A DNA stretch of 64,000 bases from Callorhinchus milii. Lineage: Eukaryota. The stretch spans positions 16,246,001 through 16,310,000 of the forward strand of contig NW_024704743.1 in assembly GCF_018977255.1 (NCBI RefSeq), in the 5' to 3' direction. The position numbers were made by a program, and so were the translations under genes. The notes under the pieces were generated by a model, which worked only from the letters and a program-made list of their open reading frames with translations, did not search any database and had not been told where the DNA came from. This document shows, piece by piece, positions 25,201 to 38,290 of this stretch; positions within the stretch are counted from its first letter, which is position 1; every line of letters starts with the position of its first letter.

Positions 25201-25884
25201 CCTTTTCTCTGTGATCTTTCCAGCTCCATATCCAGTAGCTTCCCCGTATCATTTGAGAAGAGATTTATCCCGCAGCTACAGAAAGTGAACACGAAACTGT
25301 GAAATTTGTTCTTCCTTTAGATAACAACATTTTAGTTTTATAATTTGCTAGTTTTTATAAAGCGCCCTTTGAAGCTGTGCTTTTGAAGTCGTAATGGCAC
25401 CTTTGTGTTTCCTCCAGGAATGCTCTTTAATCTCCCATCTTCTGCTTCGTTTGCTATGGAGGATTTAATTCAGAAGGCCAAAGTTCACTTGAATTAGGAA
25501 GAAGGTTTTGTGGCCAACTTACTTCATGATCAGACATTTCATGCACTATTTATCAAACCTATAAAGAAAGCAGGTCTTCTGTTGCTGACATGGTGATCTG
25601 GGTGATTACTGTGAGCATTACTTCAGAGATGTGGCTTTAAGCAGTGAAATAAAAAAAACTATCATTTAAATAAGTCACTGAAACAACAAGATGTCTGTGC
25701 CCATTTTGCACTAAGGTTTCAAGGACAAATAAGATCAGAAGAAAATCATTAGTATCTCACAACTGTGAGTACATTTCAAAGGCTAAAAGGTGGAATTTCA
25801 CTATGTCCTAAAAATACAAGCATCTGCTAAATAAAACTGATAATTAAAACATGAAGGGATTGTAGATACAATAAATTGACATAT

Positions 25885-26500
25885 ACTCCGCTCACCTCTG
25901 GGATCTGGGCTTAAACTCAGTATAAACAGATATAAGTCTTCCATCCTTACCAACTGTATGGCATCACTGTTAGTGACTCACTGGAGTGTGGATCTGCTTT
26001 TAATGCAGGTTCATCGACCTCTTTAACTGTGCTATGGGTCACCTTTCTCCTCCCCAACCCCCTCGGCATTCACCCCCAGCTTGGGTGCCAAACCGGGATT
26101 GTTAAGCACTGCGGGATACCCTCCTAACGTGAAATGTAAATCTATATAAATGTAAATCTGTATTGTATTGGGTATGGTACACTCCTGCTTCCAACAAGGA
26201 TCGACTGGCATCTTGTGCCAAACAAGTGCCAATTTTGGGGCAGATGTTACTTCACTTCAGACTTGTAGTGATGTTAGAGGTACTTGTTGTGCACAGTGCA
26301 CGCACCATGCAGGAAGTGATGTTGGCAGCAACCTAACAATTCAGGTCAGACATTTCCTTGCACTCTCTTTTAATATAGCCACTGAGACATTGGACTCCAA
26401 GACCCAATGTACTTGTCCTGTGTAAGTTTCTTATGTGAAATGGGTTTGGACAATCCCAGCCTAGCCCCAGGTGGTTTTGGGCCCAGAGCAAAAACTGCCT
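25885..26500 (+). mobile_element. Possible LF-SINE-like fragments split by later insertions
   Basis: tcacctctgggatctggg (~25893) and ttatgtgaaatgggtttggacaatcccagcctagccccaggtgg (~26431) resemble the recalled LF-SINE consensus; weak. Confidence 0.3.
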
Positions 26501-26904
26501 AGAAACTGACAGTAACACTCAAAGAGGTTACATGGGTCTATTAAGTAAATTGACATAAAACCTCATAACAAAATGTTAGTCTTTTGCTCTTCTGAGATTG
26601 GGTTTACAATACAATATTGCGCTCAATCCATTACTGATAAGGGGTGAGGACAACCAATAATAATGCGTGTGCATGTAGGATAGTGGCAGATTACAAGTCC
26701 AATACAACCTTTTGAATGGTACTTATTCCCAAGTGATCACAGATTAAGGTGACTCACTATACACAATGGTGAAGTGGATTCTTGTTGACTGGAAACAAAG
26801 GGCAGACTGACACGAGAGGGAACTAGGGAGTAATCCTTTACAGACAGCAGAAAAATAGCATCCAACCCAACCGCACTCCAGAAAAAGGCAAAGTCATTCT
26901 GTAT

Positions 26905-27315
26905 CATTTGTTTCTTGTCAGACGACTGTCTGTGACACACGTGGAAACCCATCACCATCTTAAGAGCATCCAGACCAGACTGAGAGTTCCACAACCGTAT
27001 GCCACATATTCCCTCTGTTTTACTTTCTGGAATGGAATCTGCACAGTCTCCCTGGAGTAATACACCATACCTAATACTGAAAATCTTATGTGCATCTTGA
27101 CCAAGATTTGGGGACCCCAGAATGTGCGGTGGCGTACTGTTGGGAGTGTCTGACACATGCAGAAACCCATCACCATGTTTAAGAGTATCCAAACCAGGTT
27201 GAGAGTTCCATGTATCCCAGCAACACTTGGAAATTCCTATGTGTTAGAATGGAATACACAATCTCTCTCTGAAGGGACATATTCTGCTCACCTAAATGTA
27301 GAGAGTATTAGGCAT
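26905..27315 (-). mobile_element. Two head-to-tail family X copies
   Basis: Motif gacaca..gaaacccatcaccat..taagag.atcca.accag..tgagagttcca occurs at ~26933 and ~27151. Confidence 0.8.
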
Positions 27316-27357
27316 TTGAAGGGCATTATATAAATACAAGTTGTTGTTACCTTTACA

Positions 27358-27782
27358 TAATAATAATCCTCACATTTGGTATAGCACCCTTCACATTGGG
27401 AGGATGTCTCAAAGCACTTCACAGGATATGCTGTAAAGTGGCATGATTATATGTTTTGCAGCGAATGCAGTAGTCAATTTGCATCCAACAATATCCCACA
27501 AACGCCCTTGAAAGGAATGATCAATTTTATCGGGGAGATTATTGGCCAGAAATTAGGGAGAAACTCCCTTGTCTTTTCCAATTGTGCCATGGGATCTTTA
27601 CTGTCCATCTGAACAGGCTGACGGTCTTCAGTTTAACAGTTCACCTGAAGGACAACATCTCCAGAACTGCACTGGAGCATCAGTCTAAACTATGTGAGTT
27701 CCAAGTCCCTAGATGGGGCTTGAACCCCCCAACCTTCTGACTTAGTCGGGAGAGTGCTACCAACTGAGCCAGGGTGCCTGAC
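27358..27782 (-). mobile_element. Deu-domain SINE, near full length
   Basis: Reverse complement: ctggctcagttggtagcactctc..aaggttggggggttcaagcccc head, aagatcccatggcac Deu motif, L2-type tail. Confidence 0.8.
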
Positions 27783-28403
27783 ACCTTTGACATTGGGAGG
27801 ATGTCTCAAAGTGCTTCACACAGCTGATTAAAAATTATTTTTGGCACCTATATGAATTTGAACATGGTTAATTTATGAACTTTTAGTCCAACCTGCAATT
27901 TAGATCCCATTTTAAAACACAATAAAATACAGTAAATTTACTGTTAGGTTTTTTTGAAGGTTGGCTCTTGTGTATGTACATTTTTGGTGCTAATTTAAGG
28001 TTTTGTGTTATGTTGAACATTGTCACTGATTTGCATTGCCAATTTGATATTGTCATAACTTCATGTTAACAGAGATTTTCACGCACAAAATACATACAGC
28101 ACAGTATATCCTGTGAAGCGCTTTGAGGCAACACCAATTAAACTTTTATATAGCGCCCTTCATGTGGGGTGTAGCATCTCGGAGTGCATAAGATGTTTGA
28201 ATGATGTGAAAAAGCTATATCAAATGCAAGGATTATTATTATTATGTTAAGACTCCTCAAAGAGCTTCACAGGATTTTGGCTGAGTATTTCTGGGTGATT
28301 GCGGCAGCCAATTTATTCACAGCAATGTGCCATAAACAGCCATGAAGTGAGCGATCAATTTTAATCCGGGAAAATGTCTTGAAATTTAAGATGGTGCAGA
28401 ATT

Positions 28404-28497
28404 GTGGGAAAAATTCTTAAATTCAATCTGAATTTAGAAGTCTTTTTCTGTAATTCCGTAAAAGAACCGCTTCAGATTGAACTTAAGAATTTTCCAC
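28404..28497. mobile_element. Palindromic core of the MITE family
   Basis: ggaaaaattcttaaattcaatctgaa ... ttcagattgaacttaagaattttcc, a ~25-bp near-perfect inverted repeat similar to the inner arms of 10842-11526. Confidence 0.6.
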
Positions 28498-30430
28498 AAG
28501 TCTTCTTCTACAGGATAAGACAATCCTACAGGATAAGACAAGATGGGATTTCGGGCCTTGAATCTTTAGAGGTATCAGCGGGAATGTTATTTTTCTCAGG
28601 CACTTGCTGCAAAACTATAAACAATAATGGCAGGTAACTGGGACCTTCCTCAGAGTATCCATTTGCAGGAAAAAGGATGTTGTTCAAACGCTATATTTTG
28701 TGGTGAAAGATTACTATCTATTTTATTTGCAAAAGATGTGTTATTATATATTCCGTGGATGCTAGGCAGCTAGGCAGCGTCCCCCTTTCCCTCTGACAAA
28801 GATTGAACCATTTCTTTCTGATTGTTTGTGCTCACATTGCCCTCCAGAAACAAAACACAAAGAAGCCCCGACACCAGTGGTCAAAGCCCATATGCTGCTC
28901 TGACAGGGGAACATGAAAATCTGAAAACGGTTCAGGCTCACAAGCTGTGTGCTCAAAACAGTGACTACGTCACTGTGAGAATGTAACTAACTGTCCTTTA
29001 GATATGAGGTATTTGTATAGCTCGCATGAATAAAACATCACAGTAAATAAAACATTGCAAATGGAAATGCAGATTATAGAAAAGACCAACATCTAAAAAA
29101 CAACAAATTGCTTTTTGGACACTTTTTTTTCATGGATTGGAGACCAGCAACATTTTAAGTGAAGATTGAATAGATTACTTCCACATCCTTCCCCCCCCAC
29201 CCCACCCACCTACCCACCCACCAACATTCATCTATTTATTCATCACTGTGAAAACAATGGTTTCAAACAAGCTGTGTGGGTTAGGTACCAAGCCGGCATA
29301 AAAACCTCACTGTAGATAAGAGATAATAAAAATAATCCTGGCATTTGCTATCGTGCCTTTTACGTCAAAAGGACGTCCCAAAGCGCTGCGGAATTACCGT
29401 AAAGTGTAGTGACTGTGTGTTTTGTAGGCGAACATGAAAAAAGTGGGCGAGTTTTGCCTCACATGATACTTTCTGCCCTACTACAAATACTGTGTGTAGT
29501 AGCAGCGTGGGCAGCCGCTGTTTCTGTGTCTCATCAGGGACAGCGCGATAGTGGGTGAGGCAAGTCGTGGGCTGGACACGATACTCTAGCACTTTTCATG
29601 CTGAGCTGTGTTGCCCACCAGGAAACTCACAGGGGATTCCTGGGACCTGCCATCCACCTAGTGAGAGCTCAAACCTGCGCTTATTGGATGCCAAATGACC
29701 AACGAGTGACTATCCTCCTGGGGGGGTTGGTAAACCGGGGTCTCCTTGGAGCTGAACTAGCAATGAGGTAATGTGCCTGGCAAAGGAATGTCTGAATAAA
29801 ATCAACCGTCTGCGGCAGTCCCAGTGGTCCGGTTGTATTAATACAGTAACAATTTAGTAATAACAAGCAGGAGCAGAGGTTTTTGTGTTAAACATCATAC
29901 ACAATCACCCACTCCATTTCCATGGGGTGCTGTAGACAGAGCTTCAGTGTGATGAGTGGGAAGGCAGTTTTGACTCAAGGCAATCTTGATTGGAATGGGA
30001 ATGTGAAGGCCAACTCAAGAGGGCCTCCTGCAAAGCAGGAGTTGGGGTGGAGGGGGGGAGAGGGTTATAAAATCTTAATCCTACCTGTACAGTACAGGTA
30101 CTTTACTTCAGAATAAAGTACCACACCGTCACTGTACTTTACAGTATATCATGTGACGTCAGTACTGCACTCCTCAGGTACAGTAGAACCTGCATTCTAC
30201 TCTAATAATCATAGGAATGTATTAAACGAGAGATTAAAAAATAGAAAGAGGAAAATAAACAACAACATAGCGTGTATAATGCATGTCAGGTAGGAGACGC
30301 TTTGCAGAGGTGGAATGGGAGTGTGGTAAGAAAATCAGCAGGAATAAAGTGACATATCAAAGGTAAGAAAATAATTTGAGTAAAAGAGAAAAATGCACAG
30401 AATGGAGAGCAGAGCAAAAGAAAGATATTT

Positions 30431-31014
30431 ACAACAACAACAACTTGGATTTATATAGTGCCCTCCACGCCGGACGGCATCAGAGCGCTTCACAGCAACG
30501 GATCCCGGGACGGAGCCAGGGGGAGGGGGAGGATGGTGACCAAAGGCGCGGTCGAAAAGAAAGATCTTCAGCAGAGACCTGAAAATAGGAAGGGAGGAAG
30601 CGAGGTGAAGGGAGTGAGGAAGGGAGTTTCAGAGCCTCGGGGCATAGTGGCTGAAGGCATTGCCGCCGAGGGTGGAGCGGAGGACTCGGGGGACGAGGAG
30701 GAGGCCAGATCCGGAGGAACGAAGGCAACGGGTACCGTTTCGAGGAGAGAGGAGGTCAGAGAGGTAGGGGGGTGCAGAGGAGTGCAGGGACTTGAATACA
30801 AGGGTGAGGATCTTGAAGTCGATCCTCTCTGGGATAGGCAGCCAATGCAGTCTGGCAAGGACTGGGGTGATCGGGGAGCGGAGTTTGGTGTGGGTGAGAA
30901 TGCGGGCGGCAGAGTTCTGAATGACTTGGATTTTATGGATGGTAGTGGATGGGAGACCGGCGAGGAGGGCGTTGGAGTAGTCCAGCCAAGAGGTGACCAA
31001 GGCATGGACCAGGG
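30431..31014 (-). mobile_element. L2 LINE 3' end, distinct CpG-rich subfamily
   Basis: Open frame [21 protein letters not shown]...[12 protein letters not shown]...[18 protein letters not shown]...FSHYAPRL; tail aagcgctctgatgccgtccggcgtggagggcactatataaatccaag(ttg)n. Confidence 0.93.
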
Positions 31015-31519
31015 ATTTAATTCCAAAGTTACTGTTATTGAGATGCACGATGGACTGATAGAGAGAGAGGTGGAGAGATAGAAAGATTGAGGAGAAAGGT
31101 TTGTTGTTATGCTCTACTGGATTCTGCATTGGTTCAAATTTTTTAAAAATAATAATATTTATTTTATTTAATATTGAGGCCGTATCATGCTGAATATCTA
31201 AAAGTGCTTCACAGTAATTATTGATAATAATAATAATCCTTGCATTTGATTCAGCCTTACCACATCATTGACACGTCTCAAAGTGCTTTTGTGGGAGAAA
31301 TGCGGCAGTCAGTTGCGCACAGCAATGTCCCACAAACAGCCATGGAGAAGAAGCACACAAATGCCCTGTATATAACATGTGTGTACTCAGTGCTGTGCCC
31401 TGTCACACGCGCTCTAAATAATCACACGTGTTCTGGAGGCAGGAACAAAACAGAGATTGGAGTGAGTGTATTACTTACAGAGCCTGCCACTGACACACAA
31501 CAGAGTGAGAAAGAAGACT

Positions 31520-31790
31520 TGATGTGTAGTGACTGTGTATTTGTAGGTGAGCGAGGCGGCCAATTTGAGTACAGAACGTCTCGCGAATAGCTAGGAGGTG
31601 AATGATCAACTTGAGGATTGTTGCCTGGACACTGGGAGAAACTTCCTCTTTATTCGTACAGTGTCATGGGATCTTTATCATCCATCTAAGCAGGCAGAGA
31701 GGACCTTGATTTAATATCTCAGCTGAAGGACGGCATCTCTGACAATGCAGCACAACCCCAGCACTGCATCAGAGCGTCAATTTAAACCAT
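31520..31790 (-). mobile_element. Deu-domain SINE fragment
   Basis: gtgtcatgggatcttt...ttaatatctcagctgaaggacggcatctctgacaatgcagcac. Confidence 0.7.
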
Positions 31791-32204
31791 GAGATTAAAT
31801 GTGCAGAAAAGTCACGTTTAATATTATTCAGAGGCAAAAGAACAAAAATAATAGAAACATTGATTTCTGTGCAGTAAATTATGAATAATTGAAAACATGC
31901 CAGACTTTTCACATTATAGACTTTCATTATGCAAACTATTTCATTGTCTATCAAAACTTTTCACATTTGAATGTAATGCACTGCAAGCCACTCAGAATTT
32001 TACACAAGACTTTGTTAATCTCAAATGAAAATTGATAAAAGGAGAATAACCATGCTTTGCTCTGACGGGTATCAATGAAATGGAATGGAAATTTCACTCT
32101 CGTTGAAAGCCTTCATGTTTTTAAAGCTAAGCTTTTGAAGCAAGCTCTTGTAGATATCAACTCATTTTGAGGCCCTAGTTAATAGAAACCAGCAATATAT
32201 ACAA

Positions 32205-32485
32205 TAATAATGATGATTTTTGATGCTGTGCCTTTCACATTGGGTATACATCATAAATGCTTCACAAGATTCATTGTAAAGTTAGTGGTTTGTAAGTGAA
32301 TAGTACCATGGGATCTTTAACGTCCACCTGAAACAGACAGATTGGACCTCGTTTTAATGTCTCATCTGAAGGATGGCACCCCTGACAATACGGCACTCCC
32401 CCAGCATTGCTCTGGAGTATCAGCGTAGACTATGAGTTCAAAGTCCTGATTTGGGGCTTGAGTCCACAACCTTCTGACTCACAAG
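32205..32485 (-). mobile_element. Deu-domain SINE, internally deleted
   Basis: atagtaccatgggatctttaacgtccacctga...ggggcttgagtccacaaccttctgactc. Confidence 0.75.
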
Positions 32486-32559
32486 CAAGAATACAGGATA
32501 TAGTAAAAGCTGTGCCTTTCCCCAAATGTCTTAACACAGTGTTAAGACAGTGTGAAAAG

Positions 32560-32730
32560 TCCAGAGAGTTTCATTTTATTCAAGGAACACTAGGACAAAT
32601 AAAGCTATATTGTTTGAGTTATATGCTATTTCCTTATCTACCCTGCCTTGTTATGCCTCTTCAGCAATTTAAACATCTCGTTCATATCCCCTCTCAATCT
32701 CTTCTGTTCCATTGGAAAAAGTCCCAGTTC
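32560..32730 (-). mobile_element. CR1/L3 LINE ORF2 scrap
   Basis: Reverse complement translates LGLFPMEQKRLRGDMNEMFKLL, resembling CR1 LGLFSLEKRRLRGDLIEVFKI. Confidence 0.55.
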
Positions 32731-33247
32731 ACTTTCACTTTTCTGGGGGTAATAATCCCTTCAAAAATTTGGTCACTCAATCCATGACTTTGTGGGATAC
32801 TGCTGTGCACAATTGGTTGCCGCGTTTCACCCACAAAATATGAGACATCACAAAGACGTGATAAGGTGCTATATCAAATGCAAGGATTATTATTATCATC
32901 ATCATTATTATTATATGACCCTCCATATCTGTAATATCGGTGGCATGGCCAAGCAGAGGAGAAGACCCATTATTATGTGTCTGGGTACTCCTCACATTTG
33001 TAGATACTTTAAAAGTTATAAATATAATACTAACTATTATTTTCTGATGGAGGTAGCAAAGCACTTTGAGCACAAAGTGCTCCTCTAGACTTTCCGTCTT
33101 GTTTAATGGCTTCTTCACTGATGGAAAAATTATGGATCGCAATTTTCTGTGAAGTAATTTCGCAAGACTCCCAAATCCTGCATTGGAGAAGTTTACTTTA
33201 TTCCTGTTCTGTGGAAAATATTCAGAATTCACATCTTCCATCTTTAA

Positions 33248-33535
33248 TGGAGTCCTGTAGCATAATGGTTAGCATGCTCGCCTCGCAAGCAAGAGAACCC
33301 GGGTTCGATTCCCAGGCAGGGCGAAACCTTTGGCAAGTTTCCTTACTCCAAAAACATTTGTTTACCCAGCAGTAATTAGGAACACAGTTGTTAGTCAAGT
33401 GAAGAATCACTTTTCCGGGGGTAATGATCCCCTGAAAAAACAATAATTTGATCACTCAATCCACGACTCTTTGTGGGACACTGCTATGCGCAATTGGCTA
33501 AATCAAATGCAAGGATTATTATTATATTATTATTA
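33248..33535 (+). mobile_element. tRNA-derived SINE, long form, with 3' internal deletion
   Basis: Full head; the body jumps from caattggcta directly to atcaaatgcaagg(att)n. Confidence 0.85.
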
Positions 33536-35394
33536 TAAACATATTCATATCTCCTTGATAAACCTTGACACAAAGCAACATATTTTGCTATCATACTGAA
33601 ATCTCTGGATAAAACTTCTGTCTGATACAAGATGTTATCAAATAGCAATGTACAATATTTAGTCCCAAGAGCTGACTTAAAAGAAATCTAAGCACTACAG
33701 AAACAAGTGCAGGCGATAGATGTTTGATGTTTAGCCATTGATTATATCAGCTTTACTTCAACAAGGCTGATTTTTATCTGTTGCCAATATCAACCTTTAA
33801 GGTACGGAATAGACGAGTGAACAAAAGCTCCCAAGATGGAAGTGATATTTGTTTGTATCATACTATTCCTGCCGAATTCAAACATCAAGCCTTTGTCCTT
33901 CACAGTTCTAGGAGAGCATGCTTTAATGCCTGTAGGTTGACCATGCATGGTTATTATACAGTCTTCATGCTCACATCATGTGTCATCTGACCAAAGCAGA
34001 GTCTACAAAGTGAAAGCCTCATGCAAAATTTATGCTTATATGGCTGTTTCAGTCAGTGGAAAAATCAATACTGCAGGCTTGATGCACAGAAATGACTGAG
34101 TGCTCTCTGACTGACACTAAAAGCACCAGGAGATTGAGAGGCTGCATTTGCTGCTCATGGAATCGAGTGTATTAGAGCTCATATAATAGTCTGCTCACCT
34201 TATATTAGCCTTTCCCTGGGATTATTTTTGATAACAATTATGATTGTGAAGTTCAAAGCAATTACACCATTACACAGAGAAGGCCGCTTTTAAGGTCCAG
34301 AAAGCTGTCATCTATTTCGCACCACAACTGCTTCATAATTATTTTCCAACAGTGCACTTTGAACTCGGAGAACAGTGACTTCTAATGTTATGTATTATTC
34401 CAGTGTTCCATTTCATTATTTATACACAAAAATAACATTTACATTTAAATTAAACTTTGCCGTCGCCCCTATTCCGAAGTAGTCGCATAAAAAATACTCG
34501 CCACTGGGGAAAGGCAACCTGCATAAAGTTTTGCTCTGCAATTAAATCTAGCTGGATGCTAAAACTCACACATTTTACAACCCTTTTGCTGGCTGCTTTC
34601 ACTCCTTGCTCTTTCACATTCAACCCCTTCCCCTTTATATTAGGGAAGGCTTCAGCACACACACTATACCACTGACAGCTCTTTTCAACTTCCTCTGACT
34701 GGGGTCCTTTTGTTGATTTGCCGAATTTTCATGCAAAGACTTGTATTTCTTCAGTCAAACTCACAAGAATCACTGAGTTTCCCAACTCCAGTTCTTCGTA
34801 TCCAATTATACAACAAACAGTGTTAGTTAAGAGCTTTGAGATGGATCCACGTGAGAAGCCACTATATCTATCTATCCTCCTGATAAATTGGTCATTTGCC
34901 TCATGGCTGTTTGTGGGACATGGCTGTGTGTAAGTTGGCTGCTGGGTTTGTCTACAATTTCACCCACAAACTATAGTCAATTCACTTTATAGTATATTCT
35001 GTGAAGCGCTTTGACTCGTCTCAACAACATGATAAGGCACTATATCAAATGCAATTGTTATTATTATTATTACAATAAAACAGTTACCACGTTTTCCAGC
35101 AATTACTGTTTCAATGCTACTTGCACTATATCAAATGCAAGATCATAAATATTAGTTAATGTGAAATGTGCTATGTAAATTGTTAAAGTATGTTAGAAAT
35201 ATTTGGCACACAGTTCCAGAAGCAAGTAAGAATTTCAGCACACCTAGAAAGAAATCATCAAGATTATAACCTTTGATTGTACAGTTCATCGAATCCTCCT
35301 TTTACACTGGCAGTAAAAGCCATCACAATAACTTACATTACACAGAGCCTTTCACAAACATTTCAAAATGTTTTACAGAACGAGAAAAATGAAT

Positions 35395-35833
35395 GATAAT
35401 AATAAGCTTTGCATTTGCTGTAGCACCTTATCATGTCATTGAGCCATCTCAAAGTGCTTCACAGAATATATTGACTATGTATTTTGTGGGCGAAACGCGG
35501 CAGCGAATAGCGCACAGCAATGTTCCACAAACAGTCATGAATTGAGTGACCAAATGTTTTTTTTTGAGGGATTATTACCCCAGGAAAGCAATCCACTAAT
35601 GATAATAATCCTTGCATTTTATATAGCGCCTTATCACGTCTTCGAGACATCTCAAAGCGTTTCACAGAATATATTGTAAAGCGAATTGACTGTATATTTT
35701 GTGGGTGAAATACAGCAGCCAATTGCGCACAGTAGTGTCCCACAAACAGTCATGGATTGAAGTTACCAACTTATTGTTTTTTTTTGCTTTTTGAAGGAAT
35801 TATTTCTCCCGGAAAAGCAATCCATCAATCGAC
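35395..35833 (-). mobile_element. Two tandem 5'-truncated long-form SINEs
   Basis: Tail-body units at ~35395-35598 and ~35599-35833; both break near aaagcaatcca. Confidence 0.85.
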
Positions 35834-37954
35834 AATGAGGCAAGTAGCCAATTAGATTTAATTTGGGGGTAAAATTGGGTGGAAAAACTCTACTTGTTCT
35901 TTTTAAATAGCTTTGGAGCCTTCCTTTAATGTCTGCCTGAATCACAAGGCAAATGGGATTTAAATTAATGTCTCAATCAAAAAAAATGCCAATCTGGGAA
36001 TACATATTAAACTCCTCGATACTGCAGGACATTGTTATGTAGACAAACAACAAATAGCACATATAAATTGCGTTCTCTTGTATCCGTTTACAACCAAATA
36101 TTGAGTTTACACCGTCAATAAATTCATATTGTGGTGCCAATGGAGGGAAGGAAGTTTATAAAGAGCTGCATAGTGCAGGTGATCATGAGATTATAGAGGG
36201 ACAGCATAATCTCTGTGATCTCAAGGCTCCAGATTGACTAGTAATCTTTGGTGACCGACAACCGGAGTAAGTGACAATGGGTTGAAAACTCAATATTGGC
36301 AAAGCAGATCTTTCTGCACTCACAATGACTTCTGGTTTGAAAATGAAATTATGGGATTTGCCGTAAAATTTGATGAAATAAATGTGATCCTGAAAGCTGG
36401 CTGTGGCCGACATTTTCATTCCCATACTTTTGTCAGACTTTTTGTGTCTTCCAAGTAACAGCTCAGAAGTAAAAAGCCGTCCGTGTTATTGAACTTGTAT
36501 TATTGGGCTTTCAGAAGGGACAGAAAGGCCTCACACTCGATCCAAGCTGTTGCGCTCTAGATCAAATCCTGAGATTTATGAAATGAACAAGGCTAGATTG
36601 CCAACCTAGTGACAGTGAGACTGAACTACCTTGGAACTGGACAGCACCAATGATCCAGGCAGGCGTGAACACTCAAGAATGGCAACTCACACCTTCTGGT
36701 TGGCTGTACAAGCTGAATCTGTTAGGTATCAAAGGGAGTACTTGCCACATGGTCTTTGTGGAGAATAAACATATAGTTGAGTCAGGGCAGAGAGGCAATG
36801 GTGGAATCTGAGGATAGCCTGTGGCAATGGCATTGACAAAAAGCACAAGGAGGTTTGAGAACAGCCCATAAGGTCACTCTCTCCACTGTCAATCCATGGC
36901 CACAAGATCAAAACAATTCACACCATCCATTCTGTCTCCTGAGGGAAGTTCTTTGTGTTGACCTACAAATATACAGTCACTGTACAATTACCTGCAAAGC
37001 ACTGGGAGATATGTTGACATTATAGGCCTTATGTCAAACGTAAGAAGCATTATTTCCCACTAAAACTGTAATATTATTATTATCCTACAGACTCCCTAAA
37101 TAATATTCTTCTAGTTCCATATCTGTACCATTCAAAAGATGACCAGAATGATCTCCTCTGGGCTGGCAGCACAGCCAGTGATCACCAATGCTGATAAGAG
37201 TGGAAAATCCTCCGGATAAAATGGTCATTCACTACACCGCTGTTTGTGGGGCTTTGCTATTGCCGATTGCCTCCCACATTTGCCTACAGATCAACATTCA
37301 TTACACTTAACAGTAATTTTTGGTGAAGCATTTGGTGACGTTGCAATGTCACAGGAGCTGTGTCAGATGTGAAGCATTATTATTATTATTGTTATAAGTA
37401 AAATGAAAACTTACAATATCTCAAACTTTGTGACACTGGCCCTGATACGAAACAATGGAGTTAGCAAAGAAACACCAACAGCACCAATTAACCTGGTGCC
37501 TAGATTGATGGGACTAAGTGCCAACGACGTCTAGCTCATGTAAGTCATGAGCTGCTGTCAACACACTGGTTGTCATGGCTTGGACATGTCTCAGATTTTC
37601 ACAAACTGACTATCACAACTAATGCTCAATTACTGTATATGCTCCGGCAAAAAACACACTGTCCTGGGTAGTCCCATTTACTCTGCATTTTCGAGCCTGT
37701 GAAATGAATGCTATCACATACCTAACACTAAGTAATAATAATAATAATCATTGCATTTGATATACCGCTGTTCGCATCTTCCAGGCGTCTCAAAGTGCTT
37801 CACAGATACACTATAAAGTGGAATTGACTGTACATTTGTGGGCGAAACCCGTAAATGGCTAAATGGCTGGCTGTTGATTAGATGGCTTAGGAACAACAGT
37901 TCGCTCACAAAGGTATTGTGATTGGAATTCAAGATGGAAAATCATCGAGAAAAC

Positions 37955-38290
37955 ACTTGCATTTTATAACGCTGATCAAACCGAAATATCTCAAAGCGGT
38001 GTAAAGCTCATTACCATCAAGTGCAGTAGCTGCTTTCGTAGGCAGGTGCAGCATTCATTTTGCGCCCACCACCCCCCCCACCCCCCAACCCCTCTCTCCC
38101 TCCCTTCCTCCCCTTCCTGCTATAAACAGACATGAAGTGAACGGTCAATCTTATCTGGGAGGTTTTTGAACAGGACACCAGGAGAAACTCCCTTCTCTTT
38201 TCAAATACCGTAGTGCCAAGGGATCTTTAACATCCACCTGAAGAGGCAAGTGGGACCTCTTTTTAATGGCTCGTCTGAAGGACGGCAGAT
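37955..38290 (-). mobile_element. Deu-domain SINE
   Basis: tagtgccaagggatctttaacatccacctga...ttaatggctcgtctgaaggacggca. Confidence 0.7.

Noticed and set aside
28509..28542. 18-bp tandem duplication ctacaggataagacaa
   Set aside because: An ordinary local slippage duplication.
29495..29545. Hammerhead-like CTGATGAgacacaGAAAcagcg...cgctg on the minus strand
   Set aside because: Stem II cannot close, the U of the NUH triplet is missing after stem III, and no stem I complement is present.
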